Part shown: one piece after another, positions 49,223 through 59,973 of the stretch | How the letters are laid out: every line of letters starts with the position of its first letter | How positions within the stretch are numbered: position 1 is the stretch's first letter | Made by a program: the position numbers and the translations under genes | Notes under the pieces: generated by a model | Told to the model about the DNA's origin: nothing | The model's input: the letters and a program-made list of their open reading frames with translations, nothing else | Databases searched by the model: none | NCBI GenBank assembly: GCA_965112735.1 | Contig: OZ218954.1 | Location: 4,030,001 to 4,094,000 of the forward strand | Direction of reading: 5' to 3' | Length of the DNA: 64,000 nt | Source: Phaeosaccion multiseriatum | Lineage: Eukaryota; Protista; Ochrophyta, other classes

Positions 49223-50154
49223 CTACCACTTGCTTCCGCCCTTGTGTCCCTTGCCGCCCTTGTTCTTCTTGCCGCCCTTGTTCTTCTTGCCGCCTTTGTT
49301 CTTCTTGCCGCCCTTGTTTTTCTTGTGAGTGACAAGCGAGGGAATGGGAATGCGTGTGAGTGAGGAAGGAGAGGGGTGGGGGGAACGAGAAAGAGGAAAG
49401 ATGGTGGGGGAAAGACAAAGGGGAAGTAACCCACCTTTCCGTCCTTCTTGCCTCCCTTCTGTGTGAGTGACAACCGAGGGAGGGAGGACATGGGAGAGGT
49501 GTGCGAGTGACAAGGAGGGACAAGAGGGGGAGGGGTTAACAGAGGGGGGGGGGTGGAGAAATGCAAAGAACGTGAAGACAGCGGGAATGGGACACCAATG
49601 AAGCGAAAGCGAGACAGAGTACCTTTCCCCTCTGCGAGAGACAAGCACAACAAGACAAGCGAGAGAGGGAGAAAGAAGGGTGTGTGGTGGTGGGGGGAGA
49701 GACATAAAGAGGTAAGGACCTACCTTTCCCTTGCCCTTTCCCTTGCCGCCCTTCTGTGATGAGAGACAAGCGAGTCATTATAGGCAGTGAGAAGGGGAGA
49801 AGATTTGGGGAAGGGGGGAAGGTGAATGCCAGAAGAGGAGCGGCAGAGAAGGGATAACACAAAGGAAGCGCGCTAAGCTTTAAAATGGTATACCTTGCCC
49901 TTCTTGCCCTTGCCCTTGTCGGAGCTGCTGGAGGAGGAGGAGCTGCTGCTGCTGCCGCCGGAGGAGGACGACAAAGAGGACGAGCTGTCCGGCGAGCTCG
50001 AGTGCTGAGGGGGAGGGGCAGTCCAGGTCCCCAGCCTTCGGGGCTGAAGGGGAGCCTCCTCGCGCGTCTTCAGCTCGTCGTTGGCGGTCTCGGCGGTGGC
50101 CTGGTTGATGGCGAGGAAGGCCAGGAGGGCGGTGCCGAAGAAGGAGAAGCGCAT
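49223..50154 (-). CDS. Secreted Ser-rich/Lys-Gly-rich protein A with RRL motif and micro-exon tail (silaffin-like composition)
   Basis: Exons 50154-49894 (signal peptide, PRRL, poly-Ser, DKGKGKKGK), 49753-49724 (KGGKGKGKGK), 49631-49623 (RGK), 49458-49435 (KGGKKDGK), 49321-49223 ((KNKGGK)x4 GHKGGSKW*). All introns are phase 0 GT-AG. Confidence 0.8.
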
Positions 50155-50358
50155 GGTGTTCAGGTGAAGGTCTTGAGGTAGGCTGTAGGAGTGCGGGTTG
50201 GTTTGTGATCTGATCTCCTCTCTTGGCCCATGGCTGGATATAGCTAACGCCACCCAAAGCAATATTTCATTTTTAACGCGCGGGGTTTTGCAAGAATAAC
50301 AACGCGCGGGCCCGAGCATCTCGAGCAGTTGGGTCTTCGGACTCACAGAATTACTGAC

Positions 50359-50722
50359 TTACTGGAACCCTTTTATTCCCCCCCCCCTTTTATGATATTG
50401 GCTCTCCGACTTCACCACTTTACCACCATCCCTGCCTTTTCCTTTTCCCTTGCCGCCTTTCTGTGAGTGAACACAACAAGAGAGAGAAGAGACGGATGTG
50501 TGTGAGTAAGAACTGTGTGAGAGAGAGACGGAGAGGGGGAGAAGCGCGACGTGCCTTTCCCTTCTGCGAGAGACAAGCGGGGACAAGCGAAAGGGGGGTA
50601 AGAGAGAAGACAAGAGAGAATTGAGATGTATGTGAGTGACAGGCGATAGACCAGCAAGACAAGCGAGAGTGGAGTACCGCAGGGATGTAGCAACACACCT
50701 TTCTCTTTCCCTTGCCGCCCTT
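50359..50722 (-). pseudogene. Orphan 3' Lys/Gly micro-exons of a disrupted family member
   Basis: 50722-50699 KGGKGKRK; 50563-50555 KGK (GC donor); 50460 onward KGGKGKGKGRDGGK. Introns resemble those of genes A and B. Confidence 0.65.
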
Positions 50723-51209
50723 CTGTGAGGGGCAAAGCGAGAGAGAGTGAAGGAGAAGAAGGAGGTGCGTAAGCGAGAGGAAGCGAAGCGAGTCCATTCA
50801 CGAAGGAGCTGCTCACTCGTACGTAGGGTTTCCCCCGGAAGAGAGCGCGATGAGAGCTTAAATTAACTATAACTAAAATTATGTACCACAATCACTGAGA
50901 TATATCTATATACAGTCCATCCTACATACATCTCACCCTTCCCGAGTTACCCAACAGGCTCCATCTCCCATTCTATTCCATTCTATTCCTTTCCATCCCA
51001 TACTATCCGCCCTCCGCACAGAGCGGTGCATATTTTAATTAATGAATTGAAGCCTCCCCACCCCCTAAGGCCTCCCTTGGCTGGCTGGCTGGCTGGCTGG
51101 CCTGCTCTTCTACCATGACAGCACCCTCGGAGTTGCCGCCCCCCAAGTTCACCGCCATCAGCGCACCGTCATCAGACTTTGCCAATTCCTCTGAGATGTA
51201 GCCTGAGGA

Positions 51210-52509
51210 CTAGTCTGTGGCCCAAACGTTAACGTTACTCATCGGTGAGTCCGGGGGGGTGCGCGCTGCAGCTGAGGCTGCGAGGCATCCATTGGAGGGC
51301 AGGCCGAGCTCCGAGCACTCCCCAGGAGGGTTGCTGACGAAGTACGTCGGAGGGCTGTGTTTGCTCCAAGGGCGGCGGGTGAGCGGCATGGGAGGGCGAG
51401 GTTCGTGAGACGGCAAGAAGAAAGTCGTAGGCGGCGAATCCAAAGGGGCGCAGACAGAGCAGAGAGTTAGGCCCGTTTGGGGTGTGTGTGGAACCAGCCA
51501 GGCAATCGGGATGAGCCAAGGAGATGCAGTGCCCTGAGTGGAGGGTGCCTGCAAAGCAAGTGAGAGGCGGCACAAGCGACAACAATCCTGTGCAGCGTGA
51601 TAAGAGATTCGACTGTGCTCACCATGCGCCATCTTCCCCTGGAATGCAGCACGAGGTGGCAATGTCACTGGTGGCGTCGTACGGCCTGTACACCTGAGGA
51701 GGCCAGCCGAGCAAAGAGGTTCAGAGGATCAAGCAAAAGTGCGCGACGGCGTACGTGCCGTGAAAGGAAAAGCATAAGGCTCACCGGCGGTTGGCAGGCC
51801 CGTGCGGTTTCGCAAGTCACTCGAGAGTGGCCCTTGGCACGAACGGAAGAGCAAGAAGCTTCGCCACTGCACACCGCACTCGCGCAGCACGACTGCTCGG
51901 AGTCCTCTCCTTCCAGAGACTCGCACAGATTGATACCCCGAGGAGCGAAGCACGACACGTGCGAGACGCAAAGGGCTCAGGAGGCACCAGTACGGGGCGG
52001 AAGAGCGAGCAAGAGCGAGAGAAAGAGTTGCTTGTCCGACTACTCTCGCAACATCAGTAATGCTTCTTCGTCTCTCTCACCATGCAGCTGTTTGGTCCCC
52101 GGCACAAAGCGGTGGACTGACTCAGAAGAGCTGCGCGAAAGCATGCGAAAGCGTCCTCGCACACCACACGTGAAGTCCCGCTGAAGGTGGTGAGACGACA
52201 GCTGTCCTCCCCGCTGCAGACCACGTTGCAGTTCTCAAAGCTCTTGATGGAGGGCTCAGGGTCCCACACGCTACTGCAGGCATTGGAATCTGCCCCCTCT
52301 GCCGTGGGCAGGAAGGGGACGGAGCAGACGAAGCTCCTGTCTTCCGTGGGGTCGCAGGCGCACGTTTCGTACAGGCCACCAATGGTCGCGTCTTCCCGAT
52401 ACGCGTTAGCATCTCCGGTGAAGTGCACGCACGCCTCTTTGAAGCTGAGGCTGCTGCCTCCCCCGCTGAGGAGGACAAGGCCCAGCGCCGACAGCCGCGC
52501 AGTCATCAT
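51210..52509 (-). pseudogene. Secreted Cys-rich repeat protein, diverged copy 1 (exon-2 acceptor AG>GG, early TAG)
   Basis: Paralog of 52988-54520. Acceptor reads cctcggggtatc versus ccccagggtatc. TAG at 51212-51210 lies upstream of still-homologous MAVNL..VM coding. Confidence 0.6.
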
Positions 52510-52987
52510 TAGGACCTCGTCTCGACTGGATCTTAGCGAGAGCGAGGGGCAGAGAGTCAGGAGACTCGCGAGCCCACCCTCCAGCTATATCAAGCCTGCC
52601 CTCAGTTCCCCTCCCCTTATCGCTATTCTCTCCTGAAATTACTCTTGTTTAGCGCCAACACTTCTTGGGCAACTAGTCGGGCTTCGGAGACTCACAGTTG
52701 TCGAGGGAGGCTTCCAGTCTCACCGCGACATGGACGGCCTTGACTCTCTGAATGCAGTGAGCTGCGCGACAGTGTCTGTAGCGACTGATGAGAAGACGTG
52801 AAGCGAGTCTAAGGCTGCCTCTGGCTTCCTTCCTCGTAAGCAGAGCCAGCGGTGGTGAGGGAGCGAGACGGGAGCCTTTTACATTTTATACAATTAATTT
52901 ACATGAAAGGAAAAGAGAAATTGGATGCTAAATACCTATCCCTCCACCCCCCCATCCTCAGTCCGGTCTTATTAGCTGGCTGGCTTG

Positions 52988-54520
52988 CTACTGTATCATG
53001 ACCACCGTCTCGAAGCCAACTTCCTCTAAGTTCACCGCCAACCGCACTCCCTCCCCAAATACAATGTCATCATCGTCTTCCCCCGTGTAGGGTAGCACAG
53101 TCGGCCCCTCCCAGTAGGATGCCGCTGCCGGCATCTCGGGGCAGCTCTGTGCAGGCAGGCCGAGCTCCGAGCACTCCCCAGCGGCGTTGCTGTGAGCGGC
53201 ACGGGAGGGAGAGATTGGTGGGACGGTGAGTTGTAAGACGTCCACAGCGACTCCAAAGGGACCAGGCAGAGGAGAGGGCGGTGCGGAGTGAAGGGAAGCA
53301 GGTCAGGGCAGTGAAGGTGAGCGAAGGGGAGAACCAAACGCAAGAAGAGAATGAAGTAACCAATGAAGATGAAATTCCCGCGAAGAGCAGGGCCAGTGGG
53401 CACTCCCAGAGAGAATGAGGGAGAGCGCATTCAACAAGAAAGCCTTTTGCGCGTGCTGAGCGGCATCAGGAGACGATCAGCCCCTCCCCAACCCCCCCGT
53501 GTTGTGTGACGGGGACACTGCACTGTGCTCACCATGCACCCTCTTCCTCCGAGATGCAGCACGACGTGGCAGTCTCGGCACTTAAATATGAGGTGCGCTC
53601 CTGCAGAGGATCAGACAAAGTGTTTGAGCGGCGTGCGGGCGTGGCAGCAACAGACAGACACTTCACTCGTCATTCGTAAGCACCCCCCCATCAATGGAGA
53701 GAGGCAGGCAGTAAGCAAGCACTTGCGTACTCCAGGCCCGTGCCAGCGAACCGCTTGGCGAAGTATTCTCCTCACCAGCGCTTGGCAGGCCCGTGCGGTT
53801 TCGCAAGTCACTCGAGAGTGACCCTGGGCACTGATGGAAGAGCAAGAAGCTTCGCCACTGCACATCGCACTCGCGCAGCACGAATCGGAGTCCTGTCTTC
53901 CCTCTCCTTGCAGAGACTCGCACAGGTTGATACCCTGGGGAGCGGAGCACGAGACGCACGAAAAGCAACAGGCAGTTTCAGGAGGCAGCAGCCAGTACGG
54001 GGCGGAAGAGCGAGCAAGGGGTAAGAGAGCAGAGCCGCGTATCGGAATTTTGTAACACTCAGCAATGCTTCTTCGTCTTTCTCACCATGCAGCTGTTTGG
54101 TCCCCGGCACAAAGCGGTGGACTGATTCAGAAGAGCTGCGCGATAGCATGCGTAATCGCCCTCACAAGCCACACGTGAAGTCCCGCTGAAGGTGGTAAGG
54201 TCACAGCTGTCCTTCCCGCTGCAGACCACGTTACAGTTCTCAAACGTCTTGAAGGAGGGCTCAGGGTCCCACACGCTACTGCAGGCATTGGAATCTGCCC
54301 CCTCTGCCGTGGGCAGGAAGGGGGCGGAGCAGACAAAGCTCCTGTCTTCCGTGGGGTCGCAGGCGCACGTTTCGTACAGGCCACGAATGGTCGTGTCTCC
54401 CCGGTACGCGTTAGCATCTCCGGTGAAGCGCACGCACGCCTCTTTGAAGCTGAGGCTGCTGCCTCCCCCGCTGAGGGGGGCAAGGCCGAGCGCTGACAGC
54501 CCCAGCTTCAAGCCAATCAT
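52988..54520 (-). CDS. Secreted Cys-rich CxGxxSC-repeat protein, copy 2 (~287 aa, 4 exons)
   Basis: Exons 54520-54086, 53934-53776, 53600-53533 and 53189-52988 join in frame. Hydrophobic N-terminus; repeats VCSGKDSC, ACEGDYAC, LCRGPNSC, MCSGEASC, TCETARAC. Confidence 0.78.
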
Positions 54521-55974
54521 AATTCACACGTAGTCTGCCCTGGAGCTTAGCGAGAGCGACGTGTGCGGGGGGAGTGGAAGAGACCTGATGGAGGGATGAA
54601 AGTGGGAGGGGGGAAGCAAATCAGCACCAACCTCGATTCCCCTGCGATTCGACAAGGATAGAGGGTCCTCGCGGTCGTGCTACAGAGATAAAAAATAGAA
54701 GTACGAGATAGAATGCCAAGATGAACGGGAGCGCGTATATTGCAGCGAGCTTCCCTGAACTCCCCCTCAGCAGGCGCAAAAACGCAGCGCCTGGCTGCCT
54801 GCAAAATAGACTTACCTTTGCCTGCTCCAAGGATCTTGGTCGTGCGGGTGAGAGACCTTGTGAGGGGGATAAAGCGCAATGGCAGCTCTGGGGGAGCAGA
54901 GCTCGTGTGTGTCGTTAATTTTGTAGTGGTGTTTTGCTCTTCCCCCCAACAGGCAAGAATTAGCGCGAACTGGTTGTCCAAACTTGCGTCGCCAGCCTGT
55001 ATTCTCCTCCCCCCTTTTTCCCTTATCATTCTTGGGGAAAAAATAGGCAAGTGAAAAGGCTATAAGAGCGGTATCGACCTGCACCTTACAGACCCAGTAT
55101 ACACTATCCTTGTCTAAGGTCTACAGCTCTTTGCGCCCAAAAAATGGCTATTTTCTTCTGCTTGGTTTTGCGCGGTCATATGGGGTGGGAGGGGGGTGGA
55201 CTTGGTGGGTGGGGGGTTGGGGGATGGAGACCAAGGGCAATGCAGTGAGAGAAGCACAGAGAGAGAGAGTGAAAGAGGGAGAGGGACAGAGAGTGAGAGG
55301 GAGATGGAGAGAGGGAGAAAAAGAGACGGTCTGACTGCGAGAAAGAGCAAACCGTAGAGGTGTATGGGGAGAGGAGGCTGTGAATGGGACACACACCGCT
55401 TACCAACTCCTGCAGCCCCAGCCAGGGGGGGGGGCTTAGTCAGGCTCGTCGCGTAGAGAGTCATACTTAGCGGTACATTCTGTAACTGTTGCTTATGTTG
55501 CCCTCCAATTTTTTGTGTCTTTACATTGAAAGAAATCGATAGGAGATAGCCATTCAACAGGAGACCTACCACTGGGAGCAAGGCTGTGGTAGTGCATGCA
55601 CTCTCTAAACCCGTTGAGTATTGTCGCGCTTTAGCACAGGACACGCACCCACGCACGCACCCGCTCACTCACTTCCTCCCTCATTCACGTCCTCAACCAT
55701 GTGATGAAGCGGGCACTGAGCTCCGACGGCACGCGATATATGAGAGGGTCTTGCTGGAACTGCAGCAATCGCTTTCCAGGCCGGGGGGCAGCCAGCGCAG
55801 GAGGGTGCACCACCCGCCCTAGTGAGTTTCTGACTGACTGCCCTCCCCTCCCCTCTTGGACCCTCACAAGTGCTGCTTGCTCTGTTAGCGCAGTGCTCGA
55901 TGCAACGAATCTGCGCAAGATGACGGACACAGCGGCGCGGGTTCCGGCGTACGCACACCGCAGACCCTCCGGAG

Positions 55975-56222
55975 GCCTGACGGTGTACGACGCGGTGGCC
56001 AAGGGCATGGAGGAGGTCAACCTCGGCAGCAGGACCATCAGCACCAAGCAGTGCCTCTCCTGGTTCAACTTCAGGTGGGTGGGATGGCAGTGAATGGAGG
56101 AGGCGGAGGAGGAGGATGGCAGTGGATGGGATGGAGCGGATGGAGAAAGATGATGGCAGTGGATGGAGGTGGAGGATGGCATTGGACCATGAAGTGTGAG
56201 TGTGTGACTCTACACGCGTACA
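55975..56222 (+). pseudogene. Captured fragment of ettA (exon 3' part plus following intron; copy of 46521-46736)
   Basis: gcctgacggtgtacgacgcggtggcc...tggttcaacttcag|gtgggtgg plus the intron with atggcagtggatgg motifs; only a few substitutions and one small insertion. Confidence 0.88.
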
Positions 56223-56360
56223 AGGCCAGGAGGGCGGTGCCGAAGAAGGAGAAGCGCATGTGATGTCGGGGGGTTGCAAAGATATACTTAATACGCGCCG
56301 CGCAGCATCTCGAGCAGTTGGGGCTTTGGACTCACAGAATTGTTGACTTACTGGAACCTT
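56222..56360 (-). pseudogene. 5' stub (MRFSFFGTALLA and upstream region) of a disrupted Lys/Gly micro-exon gene
   Basis: 56222-56260 is identical to 50117-50155; 56268-56360 resembles 50280-50372. Confidence 0.8.
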
Positions 56361-56669
56361 TTTTCGATCGGAGCTGATTCCAAGGCGGCTCAAGAGTGGC
56401 TCAAACTAAGATTCACAAGCGGCTTAAACGGCTGGTCATTCGTGCCTCAAGTCTCACTCAACTGCGAAAGCACACTTTCATTTTTAGAGAGAGTGATAAA
56501 GCTACAATAACCATGGTGGTAGGAGAGGGTCTTGATGTCTCACGGGTCGTCCTCTGGAGCAAGGCAACACTTCTACATCAGAGGAATAGACACCAGCTGA
56601 TGACATGGCCTTCCATTAATAGATACGAGCAATTTAATCTGTCAATAAAGAGTTTTCGACCTTACCACT

Positions 56670-58344
56670 TCACCACCACTTTCCCTTTCCCTTGCCGCCC
56701 TTCTGTGAGTGACAAGCGACAAGAGCGGAGCGAAGAGAGGGAGGTGCGTGAGTGAAAAGTGGTGAGAGAGATACAGAGAGACGCATGGCAGGCACAACGT
56801 ACCCTTCCTTTTCCCTTGCCGCCCTTCTGTGAGTGAAAGCAACAAGAGAGGGAGGTGTGTGAGTAAGACCTGTGAGAATATGACAGAGAGAGGATAGAAG
56901 GAAGAGGCGGAACAGACCTTTCTTTTGCGATGCTTCTTTCCCTTCTTGTTCTGATGATAAAGTGAGAGAGAGTGAAGGAGAAGTAGGAGGTGGGTGAGTG
57001 ACAATCTAGACACAATCAAGAAAAGCGAGAGGATAGAAGGAGCGGAACACACCTTTCTCTTGCGATGCTTCTTTCCCTTGGACTTGTCCTTGGAAGAATC
57101 CTTGCTGTCCTTGGAGGAATCCTTGCTGTCCGAGAAATCCTTGCTGACAGATGCTACTGTCCACACAGGCTGAGGCGTGGGCTTTGGAGTGGTTGGGGGA
57201 GGGGAGGAAAAAGAGGGGGTTGTGGGGTGAGGGGAGGAGGAAGGAGCAAAGGTAGAGAGAGAGGCTGAGCAGGATACATGAGGAGGCTGGTCTTCTTCAT
57301 TTGAAGCAGCACGAGGTGCCTGTGCCACGGGCAAAGCATGGAGTCTCTCGAGGCAGTGAATGCATACATCATACCTTTGCGGTCCACACAGGCGTGGGAG
57401 CGGGAGGGACTGGGGCTGGACAGGCGTAGACGTCAAGTCCGTGGTAGGTGCCGGGCGCACGGCAGCCACCAGGGGCTCCAACACAGCCGTCGGCGGAGTA
57501 GTCATCCTGACACTCGCCAGTGGTGTCGGTAGCAAAGTTGCACTCCGGACGGTGCGGGTTGAGGCCTCCCTCCCTGCAGCAGACGTAGCAGGAGGACATA
57601 GGGGCAGGGGTCGGAGCCACGGGAGGGTCCGTCCAGGTAGGCTTGGGCGTGGGAGGAGCCCTCCAGATAGGCGCAGGAGTGGGTACGTATGTGGGCGCCT
57701 TGGTGGGCTGTTGTCGGAGGAGCGAGAGCCGAAAGATTGCAACAGATGCGTGAAGTGGCGCCGCGGGGAGGTGGAGTGGGAGGGGTGAGGAGAAAGTACA
57801 GGCCGGGCGAGGTTTAGCGGTAAGCACCAAGACGAGGTTTCCTTCATTGTAGTCTAGCGGGAATGCGACGAGCATCGGTGCCTCTGAGGAAGTAAATTCT
57901 GACCTTGTAGGTGGGTGCCGGAGTAGGGTGCATCGTCGGGGTGTACGGCGTGTTGTTGATGGGAGAGGGGCGGCCGGAGGGTGGCAAGAGATGCGAGGCA
58001 CACGTAAAGTGCCGCACGAAGTGGAACGACGAGGGGAGGAGGAACAGGCAGAGGCAGAGGGGATCTTAAAAGCGGGGGCTTCTGGTCTTGCTTCTTTTAC
58101 GGTAGCACAGGAAGCACATGGGCCTCTTGGACCATTGCTGCCTTACCTTCATGGTAGGTGCGGGGGTAGTCCCCGTCCAGACAGGCGCGGGAGTGGGTCT
58201 AGACCAGTACCGGCGCCACGGTGACGACCTCAAACTCCTGCGCTCAGGGTCGCGCTCACTCGGCTCGTCGTTGGCGATGGCCTGGTGCATGACCAAGAAG
58301 GCCAGCAGGGCGGTCACGAGGAAGGAGAGCCGCATGATGCTCAT
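56670..58344 (-). CDS. Secreted protein B: signal peptide, RRSLR, PTPAP/Trp stalk, small Cys domain, SKDS repeats, Lys/Gly micro-exon tail
   Basis: Exons 58344(or 58335)-58147, 57707-57375, 57169-57053, 56950-56918 (NKKGKKHRKRK), 56826-56803 (KGGKGKGR), 56702-56670 (KGGKGKGKWW*). All phase 0 GT-AG. Confidence 0.8.
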
Positions 58345-59973
58345 GTGATGACTTTTGACCTTGAGAGGCTTGTGTGTCTTTACAAGGAGTTGTCCCCTGC
58401 CTCCCTTAACGCCATGCCGGCCCAAAATTTTGCTTTAGCGACTCTTCTTGGGCAGTTGGCACTTCGGTGACTGGGGGCATTGGGAAATTGGGGCTTGGGT
58501 CGATGAGTTTGGGGGGCGGGGAGCAGGGGCTGGGGCAGCAGCAGGCGCAGCAGCAGCAAAGAGAGTCGCCCCTCTCACCCCCTCCTCCGCCTCGAACGGA
58601 GGGGCAGCAGCAGGCGCAGCAGCAGGCAGACCATCTCAAGGGATTGCTTGGGCTTGGGCTCGGGCTCGGCGGAGGAGGAGAAGGAGGGGTGGAGGAGGGG
58701 TAGAGGGGCAGGAGAAGATGGGATGGGGGCTCGTCCACGCCCCCTTTCCTTCTTGCACCTCATGCAAGTGGTCAAGGTCAGGGTCAGAGTCAGCCGCCGC
58801 CGCCACCGCCGCCGCAGCAGCAGCTGACCCCTCAATAGCAGCAGCAGCAACAGATGAGTGTTTCTGCAGCAGCTCCAGGGGGGGATGGGAATGGGCATGG
58901 TGCCGCCCGAGATGCCACCACCACCACAGCAACAGGGGAGAGAGCGAGGGAGGGGCATGCAGGAGGTGGTGCTGCTGCGGGAGCGCCGTCCATCGACTTT
59001 GGCATTGCCCCCACGCCCGCAGATTGTAGGGGCAAGGGAGGAGGAGGCATGCAAGGCAAGCAAGGCAAGGCCAAGGGCGACGCAGCAGAGGCGGTGACGG
59101 CACCCAACGGGGCTGCTGCCGCTGCAACTGTGGCGGCCCCGAGGAGGGCCTCCCTCTCGAGCGGAGGCCTCATGATCCCGAGCAAGGCTCTGCTGAGAGC
59201 GAAGAGAGCCTCCACGCCTGCTTCTGCGAGTGCCCCTGCTACCACCACTGCTCCGACGCGTGAGAGAGATTCTTGCGGAGTGGAATTGGGGAGGGGGTGA
59301 CATCCAGACATCCACGCAGGGGTCCGGGAAGGCGGAGGGAAGAACGGGGGCGGGTATCGAGGAGGAAGAAGGAAGCGGTATGGCAGAGGGAAGGTGGCAC
59401 TGTTGCAAAGGTTTGCTTGGGAGGGAGTACGCGACGGAAGCCGAGTGGTGGACTGATTGCAGGGAGGGAAGATGCGAAAGAGGTGGGCGGGTGAGCGAGA
59501 GAGAGGAAGGGAGGCGTAGAGCGAGGAGAGAGCTGGGGCCAGAGCGAGTTGGGGCAAGGTGACTGTGAACGACGGAGAGCGAGATGTTGAGAGAACTGAG
59601 GGGACGGCACGCGCGGTATTATCGGGGGTGTCTAGGTGAAAGTTTGCGTCAGTGACAGAATGCGAAGCAAGCGGAGCTCGTCAGCAAGACCTTGTTGTAC
59701 GTGCATCTCAGAGGGGGAGAGGAAGCGAGGCGGAGAGCGACGAGGGGACGGGGGCAGAAAGAGACGTGACTGAGGCAGTTTGTGCGAGAGAGAGAGAGAG
59801 AGTGACACAGCTGAAGGGAAGGCCCGGGGAACGGTCGTCGAGCGATAGGGAGGGGAGACGTGAGGAGTGGAAACGACGAAGCAAGGGCTGCGGAACGCCG
59901 GAACCACACACACGCACACACACACACGGGGTGCGAAGCAAGCGCGTGGCAGCAGCTCAATAAGAATATTCAA

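Noticed and set aside
58225-58260. RSLR read as evidence of an oomycete RxLR effector
   Set aside because: No downstream dEER or WY domain, and the host appears plastid-bearing. It is better read as an RxL-type processing site.
58448-59560. Several overlapping low-complexity ORFs on both strands
   Set aside because: May be coding, but I could not establish a strand, frame, splice model or domain.
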